From positions 3,950-67,949 of the forward strand of contig QHQO01000018.1 in assembly GCA_003221195.1 (NCBI GenBank): DNA of 64,000 nucleotides, given 5' to 3'. The position numbers and the translations under genes are program-made. Position 1 is the stretch's first letter, and every line of letters begins with the position of its first letter. The notes beneath the pieces are model-generated. The model saw only the letters and a program-made list of their open reading frames with translations. It had not been told where the DNA came from and did no database searches. This document shows, one piece after another, positions 54,675 through 64,000 of the stretch. This DNA is from Verrucomicrobiota bacterium (lineage in GTDB: Bacteria; Verrucomicrobiota; Verrucomicrobiia; Chthoniobacterales; UBA10450).

Positions 54675-55652
54675 GTGAAGATGGGCAGCATCAGCCAGTT
54701 CATTGATCGAAATTTCCGTCACTTCAACGCGGCAGCTTTGAAAGACGCAGCCGACGCGTACATCGCACATCTGGATGGTGGCGGGAAAATGATGATCACG
54801 CTGGCGGGGGCGATGAGCACTGCTGAACTGGGGCTTTCTCTCGCCGAAATGATTCGGCAGGACAAAGTGCACGCAATTACCTGCACGGGAGCAAACCTCG
54901 AGGAGGACCTTTTCAATCTCGTTGCACGCAGCCAGTACGAACGGATTCCTCATTATCGCGAATTGACTGCGCAACAGGAGCAAGAGCTTTTGCGACGCCA
55001 TTTGAATCGAGTGACCGATACGTGCATCCCGGAAGAGGAAGCCATTCGTCGAATCGAGAGGGTTGTAATAGACGACTGGATCGCCGCCTCCGAGAGAAAA
55101 GAACGCGGTTTCCCGCACGAATTCCTTTTTAAGATACTAAGGGAATGCCGGTTGAAGAAATTTTACGAGATCGACCCGGCCGACAGTTGGATGATCGCCG
55201 CGGCGCACAAGGATCTTCCGGTTTTTGTACCCGGCTGGGAGGATTCGACGTTGGGAAATATTTATGCCGCTCGCTGCATAACAGGCGCGATCAGCGATGT
55301 GCATACCGTTCGCTCCGGCATCGAATACATGATCGCGCTGGCGGAGTGGTATCGCCGAATGTCGCAGGATTCTTCCATTGGCTTCTTTCAGATCGGCGGC
55401 GGCATTGCGGGCGATTTCCCCATTTGCGTTGTGCCCATGCTCAATCAAGACATTGTAACCACGCTTGTGCCCGAGTGGGGCTACTTTTGTCAGATCAGCG
55501 ATTCAACGACGAGCTTCGGATCGTACTCCGGCGCAGTGCCCAACGAGAAAATCACCTGGGGCAAACTGAATATCAAAACGCCGAAATTCATCGTTGAATC
55601 CGACGCCACGATTGTTGCGCCGTTGATTTTTGCCAAAGTCTTGGGTTGGTAA
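54675..55652 (+). CDS. Deoxyhypusine synthase family protein (bacterial DHS-like / homospermidine-synthase-like)
   Basis: 325 aa (GTG at 54675, or ATG at 54681). Contains ITLAGAMSTAELG, ITCTGANLEEDLFNLV, GWEDSTLGN, IGGGIAGDF and WGKL, which are typical DHS-fold NAD-binding blocks. Confidence 0.75.
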   Translation: MKMGSISQFIDRNFRHFNAAALKDAADAYIAHLDGGGKMMITLAGAMSTAELGLSLAEMIRQDKVHAITCTGANLEEDLFNLVARSQYERIPHYRELTAQQEQELLRRHLNRVTDTCIPEEEAIRRIERVVIDDWIAASERKERGFPHEFLFKILRECRLKKFYEIDPADSWMIAAAHKDLPVFVPGWEDSTLGNIYAARCITGAISDVHTVRSGIEYMIALAEWYRRMSQDSSIGFFQIGGGIAGDFPICVVPMLNQDIVTTLVPEWGYFCQISDSTTSFGSYSGAVPNEKITWGKLNIKTPKFIVESDATIVAPLIFAKVLGW

Positions 55653-55734
55653 TCGCTGTCGGCCCGAAAGCGGTCGCTATAAGCGGCGGCCAGCAAATCG
55701 TCAAGCGACGCAAAGACCCCTAACGCCATCACCT

Positions 55735-56142
55735 TTAGTGGCGATAAACTGCTGCGAGCGTTTCAAGACTGAGAAAGATGATATGAAATGTAATCGGTAC
55801 CCAGATAATTCCGAACACTCCCATTGATGCGAATACATCCAATGAAGAGAACGCTGCTATCAAAGGAGGGCCGTGTGCTAGTGCTCCGACCACATGCCAC
55901 TTTTTAGTATGCGGCCGACCCGCGCCAAGGATCAGAAGTACAGCGATGATCGTCAATAGGAGATACGCCTGGATGAGGCCTACCCAGACCATGGGGTTCT
56001 GCTGCATGAAGCCTAACGGCCCGATTCCAATCATCCAGCCAATGGTCGTGGCGGCGGCGCTCCCTGCTGCGACGAGAGTTAAAATCGTGCCGTGAATCCG
56101 CAGTAGGCGTCGCCGAAGAGTCAGATTTGTATCCTCCGACAA
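55735..56142 (-). CDS. Small 4-TM membrane protein, unknown function
   Basis: 135 aa with four hydrophobic helices and no recognisable motif. Lies 27 nt downstream of the lipoprotein gene on the same strand. Confidence 0.45.
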   Translation of the reverse strand: MSEDTNLTLRRRLLRIHGTILTLVAAGSAAATTIGWMIGIGPLGFMQQNPMVWVGLIQAYLLLTIIAVLLILGAGRPHTKKWHVVGALAHGPPLIAAFSSLDVFASMGVFGIIWVPITFHIIFLSLETLAAVYRH

Positions 56143-56169
56143 ACACCAGTCGGGCGCTGCCTTGTTGTT

Positions 56170-56520
56170 TTACTGCCAATGGCCGGCAACGTATACCCAG
56201 CCGCCGGGGCGACGCACCCAGTGACCTGCGACCCAAACTGCGGCAGGTCTTGGACGGACCACCCAAGTGCCCGGCACCCAGACGTAATCGGCTCCCGTCC
56301 ATCGCCAATAGCCGGTCGTCCAAACGTATCCCGGTCCCGGTGCCACTGTCTGGGTTTCAACGCGAACCGGTGGCGGAGGTCTCGTCACCAGTACCTCGCG
56401 AGCTGGCCCCGCGGTTGTCACTTCCTGCGTGGTCGTAGTCGTTGTCACCGTCGTTGGTTCTTCCGCGCAGCCGACCAGGGCTAACGGTACCATCATCAAA
56501 AGGTAAGAGCTTCTCTTCAT
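56170..56520 (-). CDS. YXWGXW-repeat lipoprotein
   Basis: 116 aa. Lipobox LALVGC after a signal peptide, a Thr-rich linker, then repeated W/Y-G-x-W units (GYVWTTGYWRWTGADYVWVPGTWV...WVAGHWVRRPGGWVYVAGHW). Confidence 0.65.
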   Translation of the reverse strand: MKRSSYLLMMVPLALVGCAEEPTTVTTTTTTQEVTTAGPAREVLVTRPPPPVRVETQTVAPGPGYVWTTGYWRWTGADYVWVPGTWVVRPRPAAVWVAGHWVRRPGGWVYVAGHWQ

Positions 56521-56632
56521 CGTACGCCTCCCAATACAGATTCGTTTTGTGCCAAACAGGTGGCTTTGTCGAAAATCAAAGCTTCTGCCTGCGTTCGATG
56601 GCGTAAGATCAATTTTGATTCGATGATATGCG

Positions 56633-57295
56633 ATGCTTTACGTGGTCGCTACGCCGATCGGCAATTTGGGCGACATCACACTGCGCGCACTGGAGGTACT
56701 AAAATCAGTCGATCTGGTCGCGGCTGAAGACACACGGCATTCCGGGCTGTTGATGAAACATTTCGGAATCAAGAAACCATTCATCAGTTATCACGAACAC
56801 AACGAAGCAAAGCGCGCGGCTGAGCTCGTTGAACATCTCGCGGCGGGCGAAAACGTCGCCCTAATCACAGACGCGGGAACGCCTGGACTATCCGATCCGG
56901 GATTGCGTCTCGTCCGTGAATGCATTCAGCGGGAGCTTTCGTTCACGATCATCCCGGGACCATCATCGATCCTCACCGCTCTCGTCGGGTCTGGATTTTC
57001 GACTGAGAGATTTTCTTTCCGCGGATTTCTTCCCGTTAAGATTGGGCGACGCGAGCGCGAGTTGCGGGCCGCTGCCGAATCGGGTGAAACAATCATCTTT
57101 TTCGATTCGCCTTATCGATTAACCAAGACACTTGCCGCTTGCATTGATGTCATGCCTGATCGGCAACTTTGCGTAGCGCGAGAGCTGACAAAAAAGTTCG
57201 AGGAATTTCGACGTGGTACCGCCCGTGACCTTTTGGCGCATTACGAGGCCCACACGCCGAAAGGCGAGATGGTGCTCGTTATTTCCGCGCCATAA
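56633..57295 (+). CDS. rsmI: 16S rRNA (cytidine1402-2'-O)-methyltransferase
   Basis: 220 aa. Contains MLYVVATPIGNLGDITLRALEVLKSVDLVAAEDTR and ITDAGTPGLSDPG, the tetrapyrrole-methylase-fold RsmI signature. Confidence 0.85.
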   Translation: MLYVVATPIGNLGDITLRALEVLKSVDLVAAEDTRHSGLLMKHFGIKKPFISYHEHNEAKRAAELVEHLAAGENVALITDAGTPGLSDPGLRLVRECIQRELSFTIIPGPSSILTALVGSGFSTERFSFRGFLPVKIGRRERELRAAAESGETIIFFDSPYRLTKTLAACIDVMPDRQLCVARELTKKFEEFRRGTARDLLAHYEAHTPKGEMVLVISAP

Positions 57296-57625
57296 TGGGT
57301 TGCATTGGCCGCTGTGGAATAGAGTGGCGACAGTCGCCGCGCGCGGCGGAGCGCAGAGGGGCGGCTCTGTTCCTGCGAATAAACGAAACGCATTCGCCGT
57401 CAAACCCTGCTGCTCAAATCAGCGTGCCCGCTTTCAAAAACGATGCGACCCGAGATTGCTTCTATCCAAAATCCCGCACGCTCGTTCAGTTTTTCCATGC
57501 TTCCCGTTTCTATGGCGCTTCCCGCCGGTGGCGCTCTGCCTGCTGGTAAAGCTCGCCACAGAACGGGTTCGTCCCAGTGGCAGACTTTCACGGACAAACT
57601 TGCCGCGCGCAGCGATTATGATGTA

Positions 57626-58846
57626 ATGACCCGCTCGCCTCGGCTGCTTAAGCCTTTGCTCGCGGGATTGATCATTACATTACTGCAGCTTGCGATGGCG
57701 ATTGGCCTCCTTGCGCCAGAAAGGCGCTTTTCGGAGCGGTACGCCGCGCTGGTCCAGCACGATAGTCATTGGTTCATGAACATCGTGGATCGCGGTTATC
57801 AGACCATCGTGCCTCCCATCGATCACAAGGTGATGGAAGTATCAAATGTCGCGTTTTTTCCAGCTTATCCTGCGATTGCGGCCGTGTTTCGCTATGGACT
57901 TAATATCGATACGGGCACAGCCCTGTTGATCACTGCTCAACTCGCTGCCTGGGGCTTCTGGATTTATTTCTTTCTTTTCTGCAAGCGGTGGAATATTTCG
58001 CCTGCGCTACAAATTTGCGGAGCATTATTAATCGCCACCCATCCTGCGGCATTCTTTCTGGTTGCCGCCTATTCAGAGTCTCTGTTTTTAATGGCGCTGC
58101 TTGGTTTTATTTATTGGAGCACTGCGCAAGGGAGATACGCGAAATTCTGGGCCGCCATACACGGCATCGTCATGTCGGCAACGCGGATTGTCGGGATTGT
58201 ATGTGCGGCATTTCCGCTGGTACGCTCGGTTTTTCAAACTGGATGGCGCCGTTTAATTGAGCCGAGGCCGTGGTTTCGCAAGGAAAAGCCGGCGATCGCT
58301 ATGACGCTGGTGGCAAGCTTCGGCGCCATAGGATTTTTCACTTATTCTCAACTGCGCTGGGGTCACTGGGATATTTATATGCTCACCCAGGCAGCCGGGT
58401 GGGGAATTGCTCCCGATTATTTGGCAGTGTTCAGGCCTTCTAGTTATCGCTGGTTCGTTCCAGCACTGAATGATCCGACGGAGGCGAGCCAAATGTCGAT
58501 GACATTGGGCGCTCTGTTTTTTATTGGTATTGTCCTTTGCGAGCTGTCGATTCGTAGATGGACCGATTTGCCGATTCGCGCTGGCATCTATTTCTGCGCT
58601 TTTGTGATCTACTACCTTTCCGTCAGCGGAGTGGCCTGCGTGGATATGGAAAGCATGCTCCGCTACGAATTTTCCGTGCACGCACTGATCGTGCTGGCGC
58701 TTTTGAATTTTCTGGGTCAGTTTCAAGCGACGCCGGTGCTCGTTAGGGCGTTCGGCATCGCGGCAGTGGCGCTGCTTAGCGCCGCTGGGTTGTGCGTACA
58801 GGGGTGGTACGTTTGGAATTTCATGCGAGGCAACTGGGTTGCCTAG
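57626..58846 (+). CDS. GT-C fold mannosyltransferase-like membrane protein (PIG-V/GT76-like)
   Basis: 406 aa from the ATG at 57626 (the track start at 57443 adds 61 non-hydrophobic residues over repeat DNA). The first loop HDSHWFMNIVDRGY resembles the W-D-x-x-W-Y..I...GY motif of PIG-V-like mannosyltransferases. About 9-10 helices. Confidence 0.55.
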   Translation: MTRSPRLLKPLLAGLIITLLQLAMAIGLLAPERRFSERYAALVQHDSHWFMNIVDRGYQTIVPPIDHKVMEVSNVAFFPAYPAIAAVFRYGLNIDTGTALLITAQLAAWGFWIYFFLFCKRWNISPALQICGALLIATHPAAFFLVAAYSESLFLMALLGFIYWSTAQGRYAKFWAAIHGIVMSATRIVGIVCAAFPLVRSVFQTGWRRLIEPRPWFRKEKPAIAMTLVASFGAIGFFTYSQLRWGHWDIYMLTQAAGWGIAPDYLAVFRPSSYRWFVPALNDPTEASQMSMTLGALFFIGIVLCELSIRRWTDLPIRAGIYFCAFVIYYLSVSGVACVDMESMLRYEFSVHALIVLALLNFLGQFQATPVLVRAFGIAAVALLSAAGLCVQGWYVWNFMRGNWVA

Positions 58847-58852
58847 AAGAAG

Positions 58853-60373
58853 ATGAAAACAAGAGTCGTCATTATCGGTGCAGGCCCGGCAGGATTAACG
58901 GCCGGGTATCTTCTGTCAAAGGAGGAAGTCGATCTCGTTGTCTTGGAAGCCGATCCCATTTACGTCGGCGGAATCTCCAGGACGGTGACCTACAACGGTT
59001 TTCACTTCGATATCGGTGGGCACCGTTTCTTTTCCAAATCCAAATCAGTCGAAGACCTCTGGACCGAGATTCTGCCTAACGACATGCTCGTCCGACCGCG
59101 TTCTTCGCGCATTTTTTACGACGGCAAATTTTTCTCTTATCCGTTGAAACCGTTCGAAGCGTTGCTCAAGCTGGGCATCTTTAGGTCTGCGCTTTGTGTT
59201 CTTTCGTGGATGAAAGCCCGCCTGTTTCCCGTGCGCGATCCGCGCAATTTCGAAGACTGGGTCAGCAACCAATTCGGAAAACGGCTCTTCAACACATTCT
59301 TCAAAAGTTACACTGAAAAAGTTTGGGGGATGAGCTGCAAGGAAATTTCCGCAGATTGGGCCGCTCAGCGCATCAAAGGACTTTCACTCGGCAGTGCGAT
59401 TAAGAATGCTCTGATTCCCCAGCATTATAACGGAGACCGCACAAAAGTAATTAAGACACTGATCAATTCGTTTCGCTATCCGCGCAGAGGTCCTGGCATG
59501 ATGTGGGAGGCATGCGCGGAAAAGATGAAGGCACTGGGCGGCAGGCTGGAGATGGGCTGCACGGTATCTCGTTGTTCCCATGATGAAACCTCTGGCAATT
59601 GGACGGTCGCATACAAAGATCGGCAAGGAGATCTGCAAGCAATCGAAGCCGAACACGTCATTTCGTCCGCACCGATGCGCGAGCTCTTGTGTGGTTTGTC
59701 ACCGACCGTGAGCGAACGGGCAAGGCACGCAGCTGAGAGCCTTAAATACCGCGATTTCCTTACCGTGATGCTGATCTTGAAAGATCGGCGCATGTTTGAT
59801 GACAATTGGATCTACATTCACGATCCAAGCGTCAAAGTCGGTCGCGTTCAAAACTTCCGCTCCTGGTCGCCGGAGATGGTGCCTGAGCCGGATAAGGTCT
59901 GTTACGGTCTCGAATATTTCTGCTTTGAGCACGATGGCCTCTGGGATTCGAGTGATCGCGATCTAATTGAACTCGCGAAGCGCGAACTTATTGGGATTGG
60001 GCTATCCAGGGAAGAGGACTTCATAGATGGCTGCGTCGTGCGTCAGAAAAAGGCGTACCCCGTTTATGACGACGATTACGCGCTGCATGTCGCGACGATC
60101 CGTCAGGAACTTGAGACCCGATATCCGAACCTTCACCTCATCGGTCGCAATGGCATGCACAAGTACAACAATCAGGACCACGCCATGATGACTGCGATGT
60201 TGTGCGTCGAAAATATTCTCGCGGACGCAAAACTTTACGATCTTTGGCAGGTCAACAGCGACGCCGAGTATCACGAAGCGGGTGCCGCGACAGCTCCAGA
60301 AACAAACGGCCCCGGTTTACGGCTGGTTCCCACTCGCGTGGTCGCCGCTCCTGAACTTGCACCAGAAGGATAA
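58853..60373 (+). CDS. NAD(P)/FAD-dependent oxidoreductase (amine-oxidase / UDP-galactopyranose-mutase-like fold)
   Basis: 506 aa. Dinucleotide motif [17 protein letters not shown]...LEA, then GGHRFFSK. Lies 6 nt downstream of the PIG-V-like gene. Confidence 0.7.
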   Translation: MKTRVVIIGAGPAGLTAGYLLSKEEVDLVVLEADPIYVGGISRTVTYNGFHFDIGGHRFFSKSKSVEDLWTEILPNDMLVRPRSSRIFYDGKFFSYPLKPFEALLKLGIFRSALCVLSWMKARLFPVRDPRNFEDWVSNQFGKRLFNTFFKSYTEKVWGMSCKEISADWAAQRIKGLSLGSAIKNALIPQHYNGDRTKVIKTLINSFRYPRRGPGMMWEACAEKMKALGGRLEMGCTVSRCSHDETSGNWTVAYKDRQGDLQAIEAEHVISSAPMRELLCGLSPTVSERARHAAESLKYRDFLTVMLILKDRRMFDDNWIYIHDPSVKVGRVQNFRSWSPEMVPEPDKVCYGLEYFCFEHDGLWDSSDRDLIELAKRELIGIGLSREEDFIDGCVVRQKKAYPVYDDDYALHVATIRQELETRYPNLHLIGRNGMHKYNNQDHAMMTAMLCVENILADAKLYDLWQVNSDAEYHEAGAATAPETNGPGLRLVPTRVVAAPELAPEG

Positions 60374-60381
60374 CGACCGAC

Positions 60382-63318
60382 TCAGGATTCGAATTCCTCT
60401 ACCGGCGGGCAGGAGCAGAAGAGATTCCGATCACCATAGACGTTGTCGATCCTGGCGACGGTCGGCCAGAATTTGTGTTCGTGCGTCCACGGCGCGGGGA
60501 AAGCTGCTTGTTCGCGCGTGTAGGGGCGGTCCCATTTATCAGACGCGATTTGACGCGCAGTGTGCGGCGCGTTTTTCAACATATTGTTTATCCGATCCAT
60601 TTTTCCCTTTGCGACTCCTTCAATCTCCCCGTGGATGGAGATCATTGCGTCACAAAAACGGTCGAGCTCGTGTTTTGGTTCGCTCTCTGTGGGCTCGATC
60701 ATCATTGTCCCAGCAACCGGCCAGGAAACAGTCGGCGCGTGAAATCCGTAGTCCATTAACCGTTTTGCTACATCTTCCACCTCGATGCCTGCGCTTTTCC
60801 ACTGGCGAAGATCAATGATGCACTCGTGTGCAACGAGCCCGCGTTTACCTTTGAAAAGAACCGGAAAATAAGGATCGAGCCGTTTTGCCATGTAATTCGC
60901 ATTTAGAATTGCAATCTCGCTCGCGCGCTTCAATCCCTCCGCGCCCATCATGCAGATGTACATCCAAGTAATCGTCAGAATGCTGGCGCTGCCATAGGGC
61001 GCTGCGGCAACGTTCCCACCTTTACCTCCGCCGTGACGGTAATCGGAGTCCGTCCCACTTGGCGGGCGTTTTCCGTGCACTCCTTCGCCAAACAAGATTC
61101 GTCCCGTCTCAGGATCGACAATGAATTCTCGCGGAAGATAGGGCGCGAGATGCCTGGCCACACCAATCGGTCCCATACCTGGCCCGCCCCCGCCGTGCGG
61201 GATGCAAAACGTTTTGTGCAAATTTAAATGACAAACGTCAGCACCATAATCGCCGGGCCGGCAAAGCCCGACTTGCGCATTCATATTGGCGCCGTCCATG
61301 TAAACCTGGCCGCCATGGGCGTGCACGATATCGCAAATTTCGCGAATCGTAGGCTCAAAAACTCCATGAGTGGAGGGATATGTCACCATCAGCGCGGCAA
61401 GATCGCGCGCGTGTTCATCTGCCTTTGCGCGCAGATCGGCAAGGTCGATATCTCCATCTTTTAAGCAGGCGATAGAGACAACCTTGAAACCAGCCATGGT
61501 CGCGCTAGCTGGGTTTGTGCCATGGGCAGAGGTCGGGATGAGACAAACATTTCGATGCCCTTCATTACGCGAAGCGTGATACTCGCGGATCGCCAGTAGA
61601 CCCGCGAATTCGCCCTGCGATCCAGCATTAGGTTGCAATGAAATCGCATCGAATCCGGTGATTTCGGCAAGCCAGTGTTCGAGCTGTTCGCACATCTCTG
61701 TATAACCGACGGTTTGTTCCATGGGCGCGAACGGATGCAGCTTGGAAATTTCCGGCCACGATATCGGAAACATTTCCGCGGTTGCGTTCAATTTCATCGT
61801 GCACGAACCAAGCGGGATCATCGAGGTAGTCAGCGAAAGATCACACGATTCGAGCTTCTTGAGATAACGCAGCATTTCCGTCTCGGTGTCGTGAGTGTTG
61901 AAGACAGGATGAGTGAGAAATTCCGAAGTGCGGATTGCGGATTGCGGGATGCGGATTGGCGGTTCTCCCATATCGTCATCGGCAAAATCGCGCACGGTTG
62001 TGCCGCGAAAGATCGACATTAACAGCTCGAGGTCCCGAGGCGTCGTGGTTTCGTCGAAAGAAATGCCGACTGCGCGCGGGCCCAGCGGCCGCAAGTCGCA
62101 ATCCGCTTTTTGCGCGTGTTCCAAGGTGAGCGCGCTTGACTCGACTTCGACGCGGATAGTGTCGAAGAAATTCTCGTGCGTGATTTTCAAGCCGAGCGTA
62201 CGCAGGCCATCCGCAAGTTGACTCGTTAGGCGATGAACCCGTTCGGCGATTGCACTCAGACCTCCTGGACCGTGATACACGGCATACATCGAAGCGATGA
62301 CAGCCAGAAGAACCTGCGCCGTGCAGATATTGCTCGTAGCTTTGTCGCGGCGGATATGTTGCTCGCGTGTTTGTAGAGCGAGTCGATAGGCGGGGCGACC
62401 TTCCGCATCGTGTGAAACGCCCACCAGCCGGCCGGGCATGTGGCGTTTATACTGGTCACGGGTGGCGAAGTACGCCGCGTGTGGGCCGCCGAACCCGAGC
62501 GGGACGCCGAAGCGTTGGGTGTTACCAAAGGCAACATCGGCGCCAAATTCTCCTGGCGGTTTCAGTAGTGTGAGCGCCAGGATATCGGCTGCGACCACCA
62601 CCAGCGCGCCGGCGTCATGCGCCCCCTTAATGAAATCTGTGTAGTCGTAAATCGCGCCATCAGTAGCCGGATACTGGACTAGCGCACCGAAAATGTTGTC
62701 GTCGAATTTGAAACGCGAATAATCACCGATCTTAATTGTAATCCCAAGCGGTTTCGCCCGTGTTTGAACAACGGCGATCGTTTGCGGGTGACAATTGTCA
62801 GCGACAAAGAACGTTTTGCGATTCGGAACGACCGCATGACAAAGCGCCATGGCCTCAGCGGCGGCAGTGGCTTCGTCAAGCAGCGAGGCATTGGCTATCT
62901 CGAGCCCGGTTAAGTCGGTAATCATCGTTTGAAAGTTGAGGAGGGCTTCAAGCCGGCCCTGAGCGAGTTCAGCCTGATACGGTGTGTAGGCGGTGTACCA
63001 ACCCGGGTTCTCGAGAATGTTTCGCTGAATAACGGGCGGCGTAGTGGAATCGGAATAGCCACAACCAATAAACGAGCGTGCGATCTTGTTTTTTCTGGAA
63101 ATTGCCCGGAGCTCAGCCAGGGCTTCCATCTCCGATTTCGGTTCCGGCAAGTTCAGTTCTCGATCCAGCCGGATATTCTTTGGAACGGCGGCTTCCACAA
63201 GAGTATTAAGACTTTCGAAGCCTACCTCGCGCAGCATGGCGCTTACTTCGTCTTCGCTCGGGCCAATGTGGCGGCGCGCGAAGGAATTCGGGTCGGTTTT
63301 TTTACCACGCCGTTGCAT
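60382..63318 (-). CDS. gcvP: Glycine dehydrogenase (decarboxylating), single-chain P-protein
   Basis: 978 aa. Contains [36 protein letters not shown] and [21 protein letters not shown] (PLP Lys). Confidence 0.95.
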   Translation of the reverse strand: MQRRGKKTDPNSFARRHIGPSEDEVSAMLREVGFESLNTLVEAAVPKNIRLDRELNLPEPKSEMEALAELRAISRKNKIARSFIGCGYSDSTTPPVIQRNILENPGWYTAYTPYQAELAQGRLEALLNFQTMITDLTGLEIANASLLDEATAAAEAMALCHAVVPNRKTFFVADNCHPQTIAVVQTRAKPLGITIKIGDYSRFKFDDNIFGALVQYPATDGAIYDYTDFIKGAHDAGALVVVAADILALTLLKPPGEFGADVAFGNTQRFGVPLGFGGPHAAYFATRDQYKRHMPGRLVGVSHDAEGRPAYRLALQTREQHIRRDKATSNICTAQVLLAVIASMYAVYHGPGGLSAIAERVHRLTSQLADGLRTLGLKITHENFFDTIRVEVESSALTLEHAQKADCDLRPLGPRAVGISFDETTTPRDLELLMSIFRGTTVRDFADDDMGEPPIRIPQSAIRTSEFLTHPVFNTHDTETEMLRYLKKLESCDLSLTTSMIPLGSCTMKLNATAEMFPISWPEISKLHPFAPMEQTVGYTEMCEQLEHWLAEITGFDAISLQPNAGSQGEFAGLLAIREYHASRNEGHRNVCLIPTSAHGTNPASATMAGFKVVSIACLKDGDIDLADLRAKADEHARDLAALMVTYPSTHGVFEPTIREICDIVHAHGGQVYMDGANMNAQVGLCRPGDYGADVCHLNLHKTFCIPHGGGGPGMGPIGVARHLAPYLPREFIVDPETGRILFGEGVHGKRPPSGTDSDYRHGGGKGGNVAAAPYGSASILTITWMYICMMGAEGLKRASEIAILNANYMAKRLDPYFPVLFKGKRGLVAHECIIDLRQWKSAGIEVEDVAKRLMDYGFHAPTVSWPVAGTMMIEPTESEPKHELDRFCDAMISIHGEIEGVAKGKMDRINNMLKNAPHTARQIASDKWDRPYTREQAAFPAPWTHEHKFWPTVARIDNVYGDRNLFCSCPPVEEFES

Positions 63319-63367
63319 GGGAGCAGACTACGGAAAGCGAATCGCGCTTCAAGTCGCGCTCAGGTAG

Positions 63368-63409
63368 GGGCGATTGACTCAATCGCCCGGGCGGCTCGGC
63401 GAACCGCCC
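63368..63409 (-). terminator. Two adjacent GC-rich hairpins directly after the ilvA stop (terminator-like or REP-like doublet, no U-tract)
   Basis: Hairpin 63368-63388 gggcgattg-act-caatcgccc has a perfect 9-bp stem. Hairpin 63389-63409 gggcgg-N9-ccgccc has a 6-bp stem. They sit between ilvA (stop 63417-63419) and the gcvP start (63318). Confidence 0.35.
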
Positions 63410-63416
63410 CTGCCAT

Positions 63417-64000
63417 TTACGTCGCGTCGTGAATTTCCACGCCGCGGCTTTTCAAAAGGGCGCGCAGCTCAGCCAGGTGTTGATGGTTGCGAGTTTCGAC
63501 CGTGCAAAGAACATTCACAGCCGAGACATCAGGGCTGGCGAACGCGCGATCGTGCACGATTTGTTTAATGCTTGCTCCGGTTGACGCGATCTGCGCCGCC
63601 AGATCGGCCAGTCCACCGGGTCGATCGCTAATGACAGCGGTGAATCTACCAAGTCTGCCATCCGCAACTAAGCCGCGTTCAATTACACGACTGAGGACAT
63701 TGGGATCAATGTTCCCACCGCAAAGCAACAGAACCACTCGCCTGCCGGCAAGCTCTTCTAATTTTCCAGACATGCACGCGGCCAATGGCGTAGCAGCAGC
63801 TCCTTCAACGACGCTTTTTTCCAATTCAACCAGGCGGAGAATTGACAGAGCGATTTGTTCTTCGCTTACCGTGACAGTCAAATCGACGAGTGGTCGGGCA
63901 ATTTGGAACGCGTTTGTGCCGACCTGCGGAATGGCAAGTCCATCTGCGAGCGTCGGAAGCATCGCGATCTTGATCGGTTTGTCCGCTTCAAGCGCGGCTG
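63417..64000 (-). CDS. ilvA: Threonine ammonia-lyase (threonine dehydratase), C-terminal part; gene continues beyond the window
   Basis: Contains the PLP-fold C-terminal blocks LADGLAIPQVG, VVEGAAATPLAA and LLCGGNID, followed by an ACT-like regulatory domain (GRFTAVISDRPGGLADLAAQI). The reading frame stays open to position 64000. Confidence 0.8.
   Translation of the reverse strand, partial: AALEADKPIKIAMLPTLADGLAIPQVGTNAFQIARPLVDLTVTVSEEQIALSILRLVELEKSVVEGAAATPLAACMSGKLEELAGRRVVLLLCGGNIDPNVLSRVIERGLVADGRLGRFTAVISDRPGGLADLAAQIASTGASIKQIVHDRAFASPDVSAVNVLCTVETRNHQHLAELRALLKSRGVEIHDAT

Noticed and set aside
63319-63416. Possible glycine riboswitch upstream of gcvP
   Set aside because: Only 98 nt separate ilvA and gcvP. 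The minus-strand sequence consists of two simple GC hairpins and lacks the conserved glycine-aptamer core motifs I recall (GGAGAG / CACCG / CTCTGGAGAG-type elements).

Overview
This 64-kb window looks like a bacterial chromosome segment of moderate GC. Gene content and repeat types suggest Verrucomicrobiota or another PVC-like soil bacterium, at low confidence. I saw no rRNA, tRNA or CRISPR array by eye.

Housekeeping genes flank and interrupt two unusual regions. They include an O-methyltransferase, dgt-like, a LonN-domain protein, aroD, ribE, nhaA, gpmI, hemB, coaX, an M29 aminopeptidase, rsmB, ugd, lptD, rsmI, gcvP and a partial ilvA.

(1) About 5.8-30.0 kb is an accessory-looking island.
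- It holds eight GT-C-fold membrane glycosyltransferase-like genes. Five are paralogous TMTC-like (GT-C N-terminus plus C-terminal TPR) proteins, and three of those form a tandem array.
- It also holds a fused polytopic-membrane/spermidine-synthase-like protein, one orphan TonB-dependent receptor, and two different IS200-like RAYT genes.
- Each RAYT is bracketed by its own inverted hairpin (REP-like) arms.
- Several families of short interspersed repeats occur here. Some appear to have been absorbed in-frame into the TPR/GT-C genes.

(2) About 45.4-54.6 kb is a membrane-arm-only NADH:quinone oxidoreductase locus, nuoH-J-K-L-M-[ORF6N]-M'-N.
- It has no nuoA-G or nuoI.
- It has two NuoM paralogs and a long NuoL, which fits the '2M'-type complex I.
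- A KilA-N/ORF6N DNA-binding-domain gene is wedged between the two nuoM genes in translational-coupling distance.

Other points of interest:
- a membrane-anchored alkaline-phosphatase homolog in which most catalytic and metal-ligand positions appear substituted
- a 1105-aa bitopic protein with a tandemly duplicated periplasmic TPR module and a novel cytoplasmic 'FEIA' repeat domain
- an MmcB-like PD-(D/E)xK protein
- a PIG-V-like GT-C paired with an FAD oxidoreductase

All functional calls come from reading motifs in the translated ORFs. No database search was run.
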